DNA of 64,000 bases from a virus. A program made the position numbers and the translations under genes. The notes under the pieces were generated by a model, which saw nothing but the letters and a program-made list of their open reading frames with translations, did no database searches and was not told the DNA's origin. Every line of letters begins with the position of its first letter. Within the stretch, counting starts at the first letter, position 1. The stretch is from the IMG/VR virus record IMGVR_UViG_3300020182_002698. One strand, given 5' to 3'. Of this stretch, positions 20,874 to 29,761 are shown in pieces.

Positions 20874-22580
20874 TTATCCTTCACAAGCAACACATTGTAA
20901 GTCGTTGAGGTTTAATTTCTTCCTTGAGAAAGCCTGAGCTGAGTTCATCGAATGTTGATAATATAGTGTTTTTACTCCTAGTTTCCAAGCGTCAATTAAC
21001 AGTTTATTTATATCTTTTGTTGGCATATCAGGTGAAACCATTAAGTTTAATGACTGTGATTGGTCAATATAGTCTTGTCTGATAGCCGCTTGGTTGATTA
21101 TGGACGCTTGATTTATTTCGGCAAATGTTCTAAATACATCTTTTTGCTCTTTAGTTAAAAAATCTAAGTGTTGAGCTGAACCATCTCTTTTCTTAATACT
21201 GTCCCACACTTGTTTGGTATCTTTACCTAACTCTTGTAATAGTTTTTTAAGTACCGGATTTTTAATAGTAACTTTTAATTTAGCAACGTCTTTAACATAA
21301 CAATTAGACCATATAGGTTCTATTGATTGTGATACTTGTCCTAAAATAAACGCTGATGAGGTAGTAGGTGCAATTGCATTTAGAGTAACATTTCTTCTAC
21401 CATAACCTTCAAGATATTCAGGTTCTCCAAAAATTTTAGCCAAGTCTTCAGAAGCCTTATATGACTTTTCTTTTATCAATTTAAAAACTTCTACATTAAG
21501 TTTAGCGCTTTCTTTAGTGTCAAAAGGTAAGTTTTTAGATTGTAATAGTGAGTGCCAACCTAAAACACCTAAACCTAACGCTCTTTGTCTTTTTGCGAAG
21601 TTATATGCCTTCTCCAAATAAAAGAATCCTCTTTTACCTTCTATAGTACCATCGTCTCTAATATTTTCAATTTTTGTTAAAAATTCACTTACAACGGCAT
21701 CTAAAAAGAAGGTCATTATCTCAACCGCATCTGTATTTTTCCACTCATCATAATGAAGTACATTCATGGATGAAAGAACACATACGAATGACTCCTCATC
21801 TGAGTTATGTAAAGCTATTTCCGAACAAAGGTTAGAGTTATAAATTTTAGCACCTTTATCTCTATAAACATCGGGAGCTTTATTATTCATAGTATCGTTA
21901 AACATAATATAAGGATATCCAATTTCCCCCCTTCTTTGTATTACTTTAGCCCAAATCGCTCTTTTTTCATTATCCCCACCTATCATATCATTCATAAACT
22001 CATCAGTAACAGTTACCGCATGTGTTAAGTCCTGAATAGGAAAACCTTCGGTACCAATTTCTAAAAATTCCATAATATCAGGATGTTCTACAGGTAAATA
22101 TGGAGAGAATCTACCTCTTCTAGTAGACCCCTGTGAAATATTATCGACAACACTTTCAAATAAGTTCATAAAATGAACTGAGCCTGGAGCATGTCCATTG
22201 TCTGTAATCTCAGCACCTCTTTCTCTAATATTACCAAAGTAACCTGAGGTACCTCCACCCATTTTACTCATTTCGCCCACTTCTGCTTGTGTATATAATA
22301 TTGACTCTATGTTGTCACATATATTTGACCCAAAACAACTGACAGGTAGACCTCTTTTTTTACCAAAATTAGCCCAAACAGGTGAAGATAGTGAATACCA
22401 TCCTCGACCCATATATTCATAAAATTTATCCGCGAACCCTTCAATTCCTAGTATTTTTTCAGCGTGATTAGCTATAGTGCGAATTCTATCTAACGCCTCT
22501 TCTCCGTCACTAAGATATCCTCTACGAAGAAAGGTAATGGACTCCTCATTTATCCATTCAAAATTTTCTCTATTTTCCAT
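20874..22580 (-). CDS. nrdA: Ribonucleotide reductase class I alpha subunit, no ATP-cone
   Basis: LPVSCF, SNLCSEI (N-C-E catalytic triad), VCVLSS, IAPTTSS, KTLYY and C-terminal CVACEG. Confidence 0.97.
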   Translation of the reverse strand: MENRENFEWINEESITFLRRGYLSDGEEALDRIRTIANHAEKILGIEGFADKFYEYMGRGWYSLSSPVWANFGKKRGLPVSCFGSNICDNIESILYTQAEVGEMSKMGGGTSGYFGNIRERGAEITDNGHAPGSVHFMNLFESVVDNISQGSTRRGRFSPYLPVEHPDIMEFLEIGTEGFPIQDLTHAVTVTDEFMNDMIGGDNEKRAIWAKVIQRRGEIGYPYIMFNDTMNNKAPDVYRDKGAKIYNSNLCSEIALHNSDEESFVCVLSSMNVLHYDEWKNTDAVEIMTFFLDAVVSEFLTKIENIRDDGTIEGKRGFFYLEKAYNFAKRQRALGLGVLGWHSLLQSKNLPFDTKESAKLNVEVFKLIKEKSYKASEDLAKIFGEPEYLEGYGRRNVTLNAIAPTTSSAFILGQVSQSIEPIWSNCYVKDVAKLKVTIKNPVLKKLLQELGKDTKQVWDSIKKRDGSAQHLDFLTKEQKDVFRTFAEINQASIINQAAIRQDYIDQSQSLNLMVSPDMPTKDINKLLIDAWKLGVKTLYYQHSMNSAQAFSRKKLNLNDLQCVACEG

Positions 22581-22595
22581 TTTAGTTATATCGTT

Positions 22596-23876
22596 TTAAA
22601 ATAAATCGTTTGATGTGATTGATTTTGATTTTTTACTATAGTTAATACTTCTTTTATTAAAGAAGTCTGTGTGTTTTGTAGTTAAAATCTCATCGTCAAA
22701 CCATTCCGTGGTTTCTAATATTGTTTCATTAACTTCAAAAACACTATCAATACCAATTGAATTTAAAGATACATTAAATCTGTGTTTAATAAACTCCAAT
22801 GTTTGTTTTTTAGTGAGAAATTCTAAGTCTCCCTCTTCAAAAATCCAATTTACCACTTCTTGCTCAGCCTCATACGCTTCGTGAGTTGAGATTATTAAAT
22901 CCTCCACTAGTTCTTGTGTCCACCAATCGGGGTTTTCTTGTTTGATTAAGTTAACCAACTCAAATCCAAATTCAGCGTGAATATTTTCTTCTTTCGATGT
23001 CGCTTCAACCGCATTACTAATCCCTTTCAATTTGTTTTTATGTTTATTAAATGACATAATAACTAAAAATTGTGAAAATAATGATACATTTTCAATAAAC
23101 ATAGAGAACAATACAATCGATTCAAAGTATTCTTTGTTTTCTACCGCTTTTGAGTTAGTAATAGATTTTTCTAAGTATTTAATTCTTCTTCTAATTGCGG
23201 GTACTTCAAGTAAATTTTCAAATTTTTTATTTAAACCTAAAAGCTGTATTAGGTGTGAATAAGCATCCGCATGTCTAACCTCTGATTCCGCAAAAGTAGC
23301 CCCTACACTTCCAATCTCAGGTTTAGGCATTCTTTTGTATATGTCACCCCAAAATGTTTTAACTGCAATTTCTATTTGTGATATTGCTAACATAGCTCTT
23401 TCAACTGCAGATTTTTCTTTCTTATTTAAATGGACCTTATAGTCTTGTATGTCGGACGTAAAATTAAATTCTGTGTGAACCCAATATGAATGTCTTATAG
23501 CGTCTACATATTCATTAAGATTAGGGTAATCATATGGTTTTAGATTTGTTCTTTTAGAAAAAATATTGGGTCTACTTTTTGAACGGTAAATGATGTACTC
23601 TTTCGCAACGTCATTCAAACCATTATCCATTAATTTATTTTCCACCATGTCGTGTATTTCATCAACATGAGGAACGTGTTCTTTATTATTCCTAAAAATC
23701 GCTTTAGTGGTTAGTCTAGCGATTTTTTCAGCCATTTCCTCATCTACCATTTCGATGCTTTTCATCGCCTTTATGACCGCCCTTTCAATTTTTTCAGAAT
23801 GAAATGGTACTTTATCTCCACTTCTTTTTACGACATAGCGTATATCTCTATCAATTTTATCTATTAATCTTTCCAT
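22596..23876 (-). CDS. nrdB: Ribonucleotide reductase beta subunit, class Id-like, with N-terminal ATP-cone
   Basis: N-terminal VVKRSGDKVPFHSEKIERAV...VENKLM..VAKEYIIYR is an ATP-cone. The ferritin-like core has QIEIAVKTFWG, ESEVRHADAY, IENVSLFSQF, EENIH and the tail SITSNDLF. Confidence 0.95.
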   Translation of the reverse strand: MERLIDKIDRDIRYVVKRSGDKVPFHSEKIERAVIKAMKSIEMVDEEMAEKIARLTTKAIFRNNKEHVPHVDEIHDMVENKLMDNGLNDVAKEYIIYRSKSRPNIFSKRTNLKPYDYPNLNEYVDAIRHSYWVHTEFNFTSDIQDYKVHLNKKEKSAVERAMLAISQIEIAVKTFWGDIYKRMPKPEIGSVGATFAESEVRHADAYSHLIQLLGLNKKFENLLEVPAIRRRIKYLEKSITNSKAVENKEYFESIVLFSMFIENVSLFSQFLVIMSFNKHKNKLKGISNAVEATSKEENIHAEFGFELVNLIKQENPDWWTQELVEDLIISTHEAYEAEQEVVNWIFEEGDLEFLTKKQTLEFIKHRFNVSLNSIGIDSVFEVNETILETTEWFDDEILTTKHTDFFNKRSINYSKKSKSITSNDLF

Positions 23877-23899
23877 TTTTATAATAATTTTAGGGTTTA

Positions 23900-25276
23900 T
23901 TAATTACTCTCCTTTTGTTTTTTTCTATCAAGGAGTTCTTTAATTCGTTTCCTATTGTTTTCTTCTTTTTGTTCTTCCAAACCTAAGAAGGTTACACTTT
24001 GTTCAGTATCTATAACTAACATCTCGTTATCAAATTTACAATTTTCAAACACAACACCGTCTTTCCCAATTCTAGACTTAGTGATGGCGATTGTAGCTAA
24101 ATTCATTTCTTTTTGCTGTAAGGATTTCGCGACAGAAATAATTACGTGCCCTACTTGAGCCTTTTTAATCGAGCCTCCCATTTGGTCAGTAGTAACCACA
24201 TCAGAAGATATAGAACTTCTATTACCTTGGGTTGCTGTCCATCCTACCAAATCCAATTCGTGACACATCGATTCAAATCCTCTCATTACTGAACCCTCAC
24301 TTTTCCACTCATCACCTAAGTTTTTGTCAGGAACTACACAATCAATATAATCTAGTACTACCATGTCAACTTTATTACCTTCTGCAGTCATCTTACGAAT
24401 TTGATTTTTAATCTGATTCATAGTAAGTGTATCTGACGGAAGTTTCTTTAAGATTAACTTATTTGGTGTATTTTCACGAATATCTTTAATTTTGTCCATG
24501 ACTTTGTCCTTATGTAAAGACAATAAATCAGGAGCTATTTCAGTCCATAACGTAAAATGTTTTCTTTGTATAATTTTAGGGTTATCCTCAAAGAATATCT
24601 GAAGTACGTTATAACCTAAATTAAATGCGTGGTTAGAGATTTTAGTTAGGAGGGTGGATTTTCCAACACCTGTAGGTGCTAATATAACTCCCAATTCTCC
24701 TTTCGCCATACCTCCTTTCAAAAGGTTATCAATACCTGGTATACCCATAGGTATCGGATGTCTAAAATCTTCTTCTAAAACGTCATCTAAGTTAGCAAAA
24801 ACATCTGCAGTTCCAGTGTCTACCTCACCAACTTGTAATGCTTCTCTAACCATTTCCTCCAAATGGTCATAACTCTCAAAATCACCTTTATCAATGATTT
24901 TCTGAGCCTTACCCATAACCTTTTGTAGTTCTTGTTGTTTACAGAATTTTAAAGCCTTTTCTTGTACAAAAATTTCACCTTCCGATGGGGCTTCCTTAAT
25001 TTGTTCTACCATATCCAAAACCATTTTTTGAGCCATGGGTGAGGACACTTCAGACTTAATAAGTTGTTCTAAGGTGTTGTAAGAAGGAGTATGTTCATAC
25101 TTTATATAATACTCCTTAATAATTTGCATAATCAGTTTAAAGTACTGATTGTCAAAGTATTTTGGTTCAATTACATCAACAATAGACGCCGCAAAGTCCT
25201 TGTAAAGAACGATGTTATTAAGTAGTTGATTTTGAAATGTGTTTCCGAGATAACCAAAATTTTTTTCCTTAGACAT
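23900..25276 (-). CDS. Replicative DNA helicase, DnaB / T4 gp41-like
   Basis: Walker A APTGVGKST, Walker B VVLDYID, TATQGNR and KSRIG motifs. Confidence 0.93.
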   Translation of the reverse strand: MSKEKNFGYLGNTFQNQLLNNIVLYKDFAASIVDVIEPKYFDNQYFKLIMQIIKEYYIKYEHTPSYNTLEQLIKSEVSSPMAQKMVLDMVEQIKEAPSEGEIFVQEKALKFCKQQELQKVMGKAQKIIDKGDFESYDHLEEMVREALQVGEVDTGTADVFANLDDVLEEDFRHPIPMGIPGIDNLLKGGMAKGELGVILAPTGVGKSTLLTKISNHAFNLGYNVLQIFFEDNPKIIQRKHFTLWTEIAPDLLSLHKDKVMDKIKDIRENTPNKLILKKLPSDTLTMNQIKNQIRKMTAEGNKVDMVVLDYIDCVVPDKNLGDEWKSEGSVMRGFESMCHELDLVGWTATQGNRSSISSDVVTTDQMGGSIKKAQVGHVIISVAKSLQQKEMNLATIAITKSRIGKDGVVFENCKFDNEMLVIDTEQSVTFLGLEEQKEENNRKRIKELLDRKKQKESN

Positions 25277-25315
25277 GTTTATCAGTTTTTAAAATACGTG
25301 TCTTAATAAATATAA

Positions 25316-25771
25316 TCAAACTAGGTTATATCCCGCGATTTCATATGTCAATTTGTCAGTAGAAAAAACATTAGTTAATGCCTTTAATACAGACTTCAAA
25401 TGAGGTCTTACGTCAACGGTATACCTTACTTTGGGTGGGTAAACTTTCCCATCCCATATACGATGGTATATAACATCATCATTCAATTTAATGTATACGT
25501 TAAAATCTTCTGCCTCGTCCGTCATAGACGTCTCCATAATCTTTGGGTCAGCAGCAATTTGATACTCGTTATCTAACATATAGGTTATAGATTTCATTTT
25601 AAGGTCGTTATGAATCTCCTCTTGAATTCCCATAACTGTCTCGTACAACTCAAAACTATTTTTCGCGTTTTTGTTATAACTTTTAACATTATAATATCTC
25701 TGAACAATGATATTATCATTAAGAGTTAGAAGAAACTCCATTTTAGTCATTTCACTTTTTTCCTTACTCAT
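25316..25771 (-). CDS. Hypothetical protein in the replication operon
   Basis: 151 aa ORF between the exonuclease and helicase genes. Confidence 0.55.
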   Translation of the reverse strand: MSKEKSEMTKMEFLLTLNDNIIVQRYYNVKSYNKNAKNSFELYETVMGIQEEIHNDLKMKSITYMLDNEYQIAADPKIMETSMTDEAEDFNVYIKLNDDVIYHRIWDGKVYPPKVRYTVDVRPHLKSVLKALTNVFSTDKLTYEIAGYNLV

Positions 25772-25789
25772 TTTTTAATTTTTTTTAAG

Positions 25790-26797
25790 TTAGTTTTTTT
25801 TAAATCTTCTTTTTTCTTTTCTTGTTAGTTTCATAAATGGGGTAAGAAAATAAACCCATGCGTTGTCAGTTTTAGGTAGGTATTTGAATATTCCATCATC
25901 CATCATCATCCTCATCAAATTTTGATACCCCCTACCTTCAGGGTCAATATCTTCAGAGTAATAAAGTTCAACTAGTTCTTTCGCTTCTTCAGTTAACAAA
26001 GGTACTGATAAATCCACAAGTTTCCTATTAATAACATAAAATTCATCACCATATACCCCTCTCTTAGTTTTACCCGATAGTAGGTTTTGTAACGCTCTGT
26101 TATCCTTATCATTTTCGTGTAGTTTTTCACCTTTTTCTAAAATATCGTCAACAGAGACCACGGAATCAACTATCTCAGGGAAAAGTTTTACAAAAGTTTT
26201 TTCACCAAAATAGTAAATACCATCAATATTGTCGGACTTATCTCCTGATATAATTTTAAAAGTAGAAACATTTTGATGGGGTATTGATATATCTTTCAAT
26301 TTAACTTTATCTCCGTACTTAATCATTTGTTTCTGTGTTGGAGAATATATTTGTACTTTTTCAGATATTAGTTGTGTTAGGTCTTTATCCGCAGAAAATA
26401 TAGTTTTGTTTTCATCCTCAGAGATATGACAATAATACGCTATCATATCATCTGACTCATTACCATCAACTATAATCTGACGTATAAACATTTCCTCAAG
26501 ATACTCTTTTACTCTTTTGAGTTGCCATTCAAATGATTGTTTTTGAATATCATTAAGTCTGTTATACCTTCTATTTTCTTTATATTCTGCGAAAATTTTC
26601 TTCCTCTGTATTGAGTTATCATTTCCGTCCCAAAAAACGATTACCTTATCATAGTTATACTCTGAAATAAATCTACGTAAAGTATTAACAAAGTGATATA
26701 TACCACCAATATGGTTACCTTTATGATAATACTCACGTACTCCATGATAACCTATCTTAAATAGGTTATTTCCATCCACTAATAAGGTCTTAGTCAC
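25790..26797 (-). CDS. 5'-3' exonuclease / flap endonuclease (T4 RNase H-like)
   Basis: LLVDGNN, FWDG, YKENR, ESDD, SADKDL and GDKSDNIDG motifs of the FEN/5'-nuclease family. Confidence 0.93.
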   Translation of the reverse strand: MTKTLLVDGNNLFKIGYHGVREYYHKGNHIGGIYHFVNTLRRFISEYNYDKVIVFWDGNDNSIQRKKIFAEYKENRRYNRLNDIQKQSFEWQLKRVKEYLEEMFIRQIIVDGNESDDMIAYYCHISEDENKTIFSADKDLTQLISEKVQIYSPTQKQMIKYGDKVKLKDISIPHQNVSTFKIISGDKSDNIDGIYYFGEKTFVKLFPEIVDSVVSVDDILEKGEKLHENDKDNRALQNLLSGKTKRGVYGDEFYVINRKLVDLSVPLLTEEAKELVELYYSEDIDPEGRGYQNLMRMMMDDGIFKYLPKTDNAWVYFLTPFMKLTRKEKRRFKKN

Positions 26798-26807
26798 ATT
26801 AAAATAC

Positions 26808-27812
26808 TTAAAGAATTAAACTTTCTTCTTCCAACTTAAAGTCACTACCTGTACCAATAATATCTTTCCAATATTCAGAGTTTTCAGATTTATACTTTTC
26901 GATAGATTTTTTTTCCTCAGAGGAATCCTTTCCGGGTAAAAACCCGTGAGCAGTAACTAATATTCTACCGTCTTCATAACCTAACCCATTAATGTGGTTT
27001 TTCATAACTGAGACCTTAGTTCTAGTTGCAAATTTTACTTTTCTTTTATCTTTAACCGCAGTTATCTTTGTAGTACCCGCATTTTTTTGATTTCCAAAAA
27101 GAAAAACTAATGATGAGTTTAACCAAATAGCCTCTCCTCCTTTAGCTTTAATCTTAGGCTGACCAAAAGGATTATCTGGAAGTTCAACCCATGGTTGGTT
27201 AACAATTACTAAAGTATTTTCGTGTTTTGAATCTGACCTACGAGAACCTGATATTCTTTGGTTTATTCCCATACCTATCTTATCTGCCAAAACTGCCGCA
27301 TTATGTTGCTTACCACCTTTACCGTCATATGTCATCTTACATGGAACTGAACCAACTGAATCCCATAAAAATAGTAAGTCATAATCCAAATCTCCACTAC
27401 TTTGAGCATCTAACAATTCATTAATAAAATTAGTAATTTGTTCAATATATTCAAAGTTATTATTAAAAAGGAAAAATCCATCCCAATCTAATTCTCCCGT
27501 TTCTTTATCAACAACTTCTTCACATTCAAAACCCATAAGTTTTGCATGCTCAAAAGACCATTTCTGCTCTGTTATTATAAAAACAGGGAGTATACCTTTT
27601 TTTTGTGCGTCAACAGCAGCTTTAACAAGTGCTGTAGTTTTTCCTGTATCCGAGTGACCTAAAAACATATTAAGGTGACCCATTGCCGGTCCAGGTACCC
27701 CTACTGCATCTAAGAAATCAGTACCTAAATCATAAAACCTTTGCGGTTTAAACTTAGCTGATGAAGAAAATTTCTTCTTAATATCTTTAAAGTCTTTCTT
27801 TTTAATTGCCAT
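26808..27812 (-). CDS. recA: RecA/UvsX-like recombinase
   Basis: Walker A GHSDTGKTT, LFLWDSVGS, VIVNQ, GGEAIW and VMKNHING motifs. Confidence 0.9.
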   Translation of the reverse strand: MAIKKKDFKDIKKKFSSSAKFKPQRFYDLGTDFLDAVGVPGPAMGHLNMFLGHSDTGKTTALVKAAVDAQKKGILPVFIITEQKWSFEHAKLMGFECEEVVDKETGELDWDGFFLFNNNFEYIEQITNFINELLDAQSSGDLDYDLLFLWDSVGSVPCKMTYDGKGGKQHNAAVLADKIGMGINQRISGSRRSDSKHENTLVIVNQPWVELPDNPFGQPKIKAKGGEAIWLNSSLVFLFGNQKNAGTTKITAVKDKRKVKFATRTKVSVMKNHINGLGYEDGRILVTAHGFLPGKDSSEEKKSIEKYKSENSEYWKDIIGTGSDFKLEEESLIL

Positions 27813-27828
27813 TTTTTTTTAATTAAAA

Positions 27829-27862
27829 TAATGGTGAGGAGGATTATCCCTCCTCACCATTA
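27829..27862 (-). terminator. Perfect 14-bp hairpin between ssb and recA (terminator or processing site)
   Basis: TAATGGTGAGGAGG-attatc-CCTCCTCACCATTA; followed by UUUUAAUU on the minus strand. Confidence 0.75.
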
Positions 27863-27875
27863 ACATTTGTAATCT

Positions 27876-28730
27876 TTAGAAAGGAAGATTTTCATCGACT
27901 TTAGTAGTCGACTGTGGGTCCTTTTCTTCATTAATTTTTACTTTCTCATCACCACCACCAATCGTTTCAATAGTATTGTCTCCATAAACAAACTTTTTAA
28001 GTTCTGAGTCCCATACAGGTGTCTCTCCCCTTGCGACCGCTTCAAGATACTCTACAGGTCTTTGTGCGTACACATCAGACCACGTCATTTCATCCTCCAT
28101 CCATTCTTTCATCGTATCACTATCATCACTTAGAGGTGTTGGGTCATCGTACATAATAGTTTGAACTACAGTGTACTCAATACCTGAGTTAGTTTTAGAT
28201 TTAGAAAGTTCGACAATTAAGTCTCTGCCCTCTTGAGAGTCAGTAACGTCTCCCTTAGCTCTCCATATTGGGATAATCTTATCCAAGATACCTTCTTGTT
28301 TATAGTTATCCTTAAATCTCCAAAATTTAACCCCGTCTGATTCATTATCACGGTCAACAACCTTTACTATATAAAACTTGCGTGGACGGTACTGCATAGC
28401 CAGTTTTTTATCTGACTCTTTTCCTGTTGACATAAGTTCTTCGTAGACTTCAGTCAATGGGGAGCGTTCACCATCATTTTTACCTGGGTCGTATAGTTTA
28501 ACCCATCTACCGTCTACTTGAACCTCGTGAAACCAAACTTCCTTAAATGGTGATGAACCATCGGGTGTTGGTAGTATCCTTATCTTAGACTGTCCGGATT
28601 TAGTACCTTTAGGTAGGTACGTAGTGAAGTACTTCTTCAACCTTTGCTCTTGAGTCATTCCATCCCCGTTACCGCGAGATGTGACATTTTTGTCGTACTG
28701 AGCTAGTACTGCGTCGAGTGCGTTTGCCAT
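27876..28730 (-). CDS. Single-stranded DNA-binding protein, T4 gp32-like (true start probably ATG 28730, MANALDAVL)
   Basis: KIRILP..DG..PFKEVWFH, FYIVKVVDR, VKFWRF, EGRDLIV and an acidic C-tail ending DENLPF. The track start at 28772 overlaps the promoter. Confidence 0.85.
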   Translation of the reverse strand: MANALDAVLAQYDKNVTSRGNGDGMTQEQRLKKYFTTYLPKGTKSGQSKIRILPTPDGSSPFKEVWFHEVQVDGRWVKLYDPGKNDGERSPLTEVYEELMSTGKESDKKLAMQYRPRKFYIVKVVDRDNESDGVKFWRFKDNYKQEGILDKIIPIWRAKGDVTDSQEGRDLIVELSKSKTNSGIEYTVVQTIMYDDPTPLSDDSDTMKEWMEDEMTWSDVYAQRPVEYLEAVARGETPVWDSELKKFVYGDNTIETIGGGDEKVKINEEKDPQSTTKVDENLPF

Positions 28731-28769
28731 TTTTCTTTTATTCTTTAAAAATTTATCTATTATTCTATA

Positions 28770-28800
28770 CAAATATAAATGATTTTTAACTTAAGTCAAA
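28770..28800 (-). promoter_or_regulatory. Bacteroidota primary-sigma promoter (-33/-7) for the ssb-recA-exo-helicase-nrd operon
   Basis: Minus strand TTTG-N19-TATATTTG matches the Bacteroides/Flavobacterium consensus TTTG-N19-21-TAnnTTTG. Confidence 0.8.
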
Positions 28801-28813
28801 TTACTGAGAATAA

Positions 28814-28839
28814 AAAAAGAGACTCAATAGTCTCTTTTT
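28814..28839 (-). terminator. Intrinsic terminator ending the upstream structural transcript
   Basis: AAAAAGAGACT-caat-AGTCTCTTTTT inverted repeat; U7 tail on the minus strand. Confidence 0.8.
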
Positions 28840-28863
28840 AATAAAAATATTTACACGGTTTAA

Positions 28864-29484
28864 TTACATGAGACCTTCATCTTCAAATGGTTGGTCGAAC
28901 GATTTTTTAATATTGCCGTCCGAATAACTTTCAATGTCATCACTTGTAAGTACGTATTCGTTTTTTCCTGTCTTTTCTAAATCTTCTTGCTTATCCATAA
29001 AGAAGTCAGTTAGTTTTTGATTATATGGATAACTATCTAAACTCCTTAACTGTAATTTTTCTTCAGGAGATTTTTGTCTATATTTTTCTATTTTAGTTTC
29101 CAACTGATTAATTCGGTCTAATATACTATCCATCTCTCCGAGTTTACTTGTTAAATCATCTAATTTACCAAACATAGTATCCATATATTCATCCTGTTTA
29201 TTAGACATATCTTTTTGTGTCGTCACTAAATCTGTAATGTCTAACTCTTCGGTACCGACTTCATCGGTAACATCAACTTCATCATCACCACTAACAACTT
29301 CAACGTCTGGGTCATCACTTACATCCACAGGTTCAGGGACTTCGTCAACCTCTAAGTCATCTGTCTGAGCAATGTCTTCACCACCTTCATCAGGTAAGTC
29401 CGTAACTTCCTCTTGCTCAAAAACATAATTATTTATGTTTTGATGTCTTTTTATTTCTTTTAATATTTTTTTATCTATTGACAT
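28864..29484 (-). CDS. Acidic / coiled-coil hypothetical protein, possible head scaffold or internal protein
   Basis: 206 aa; basic leader KKILKEIKRHQNINNYVFEQ, then a very acidic stretch, then a heptad-like region. Confidence 0.45.
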   Translation of the reverse strand: MSIDKKILKEIKRHQNINNYVFEQEEVTDLPDEGGEDIAQTDDLEVDEVPEPVDVSDDPDVEVVSGDDEVDVTDEVGTEELDITDLVTTQKDMSNKQDEYMDTMFGKLDDLTSKLGEMDSILDRINQLETKIEKYRQKSPEEKLQLRSLDSYPYNQKLTDFFMDKQEDLEKTGKNEYVLTSDDIESYSDGNIKKSFDQPFEDEGLM

Positions 29485-29497
29485 AATATTTTTTATT

Positions 29498-29722
29498 TTA
29501 TCCGTTTAATAGTGTCTTCATTCCCTGTGGGGTCTCAACTCTTAGAGTTTTATTAACTTTCATAGTATTATCTACTCTTTCGATTAACCCGTCTCTCATT
29601 CTTACCGTATAACAGTCTCCGGTATCTAAATCACACACTTCTTTATATCCGTTTCCGTTATCACGCTCAGTTAATCGACTATCCTTTTGTAGATATGTGT
29701 CTAATAAATTTTTTATGTTCAT
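29498..29722 (-). CDS. Small hypothetical protein
   Basis: 74 aa ORF preceded by the TATTTAT motif 13 nt upstream. Confidence 0.55.
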   Translation of the reverse strand: MNIKNLLDTYLQKDSRLTERDNGNGYKEVCDLDTGDCYTVRMRDGLIERVDNTMKVNKTLRVETPQGMKTLLNG

Positions 29723-29761
29723 TACTCTTTTTTATATAAATATATTGATTATTTGGAATAT

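Noticed and set aside
28731-28772. Track start of the ssb ORF at 28772 (MYRIIDK...)
   Set aside because: That codon lies inside the -7 promoter element; ATG 28730 with an A-rich leader is the more plausible start.
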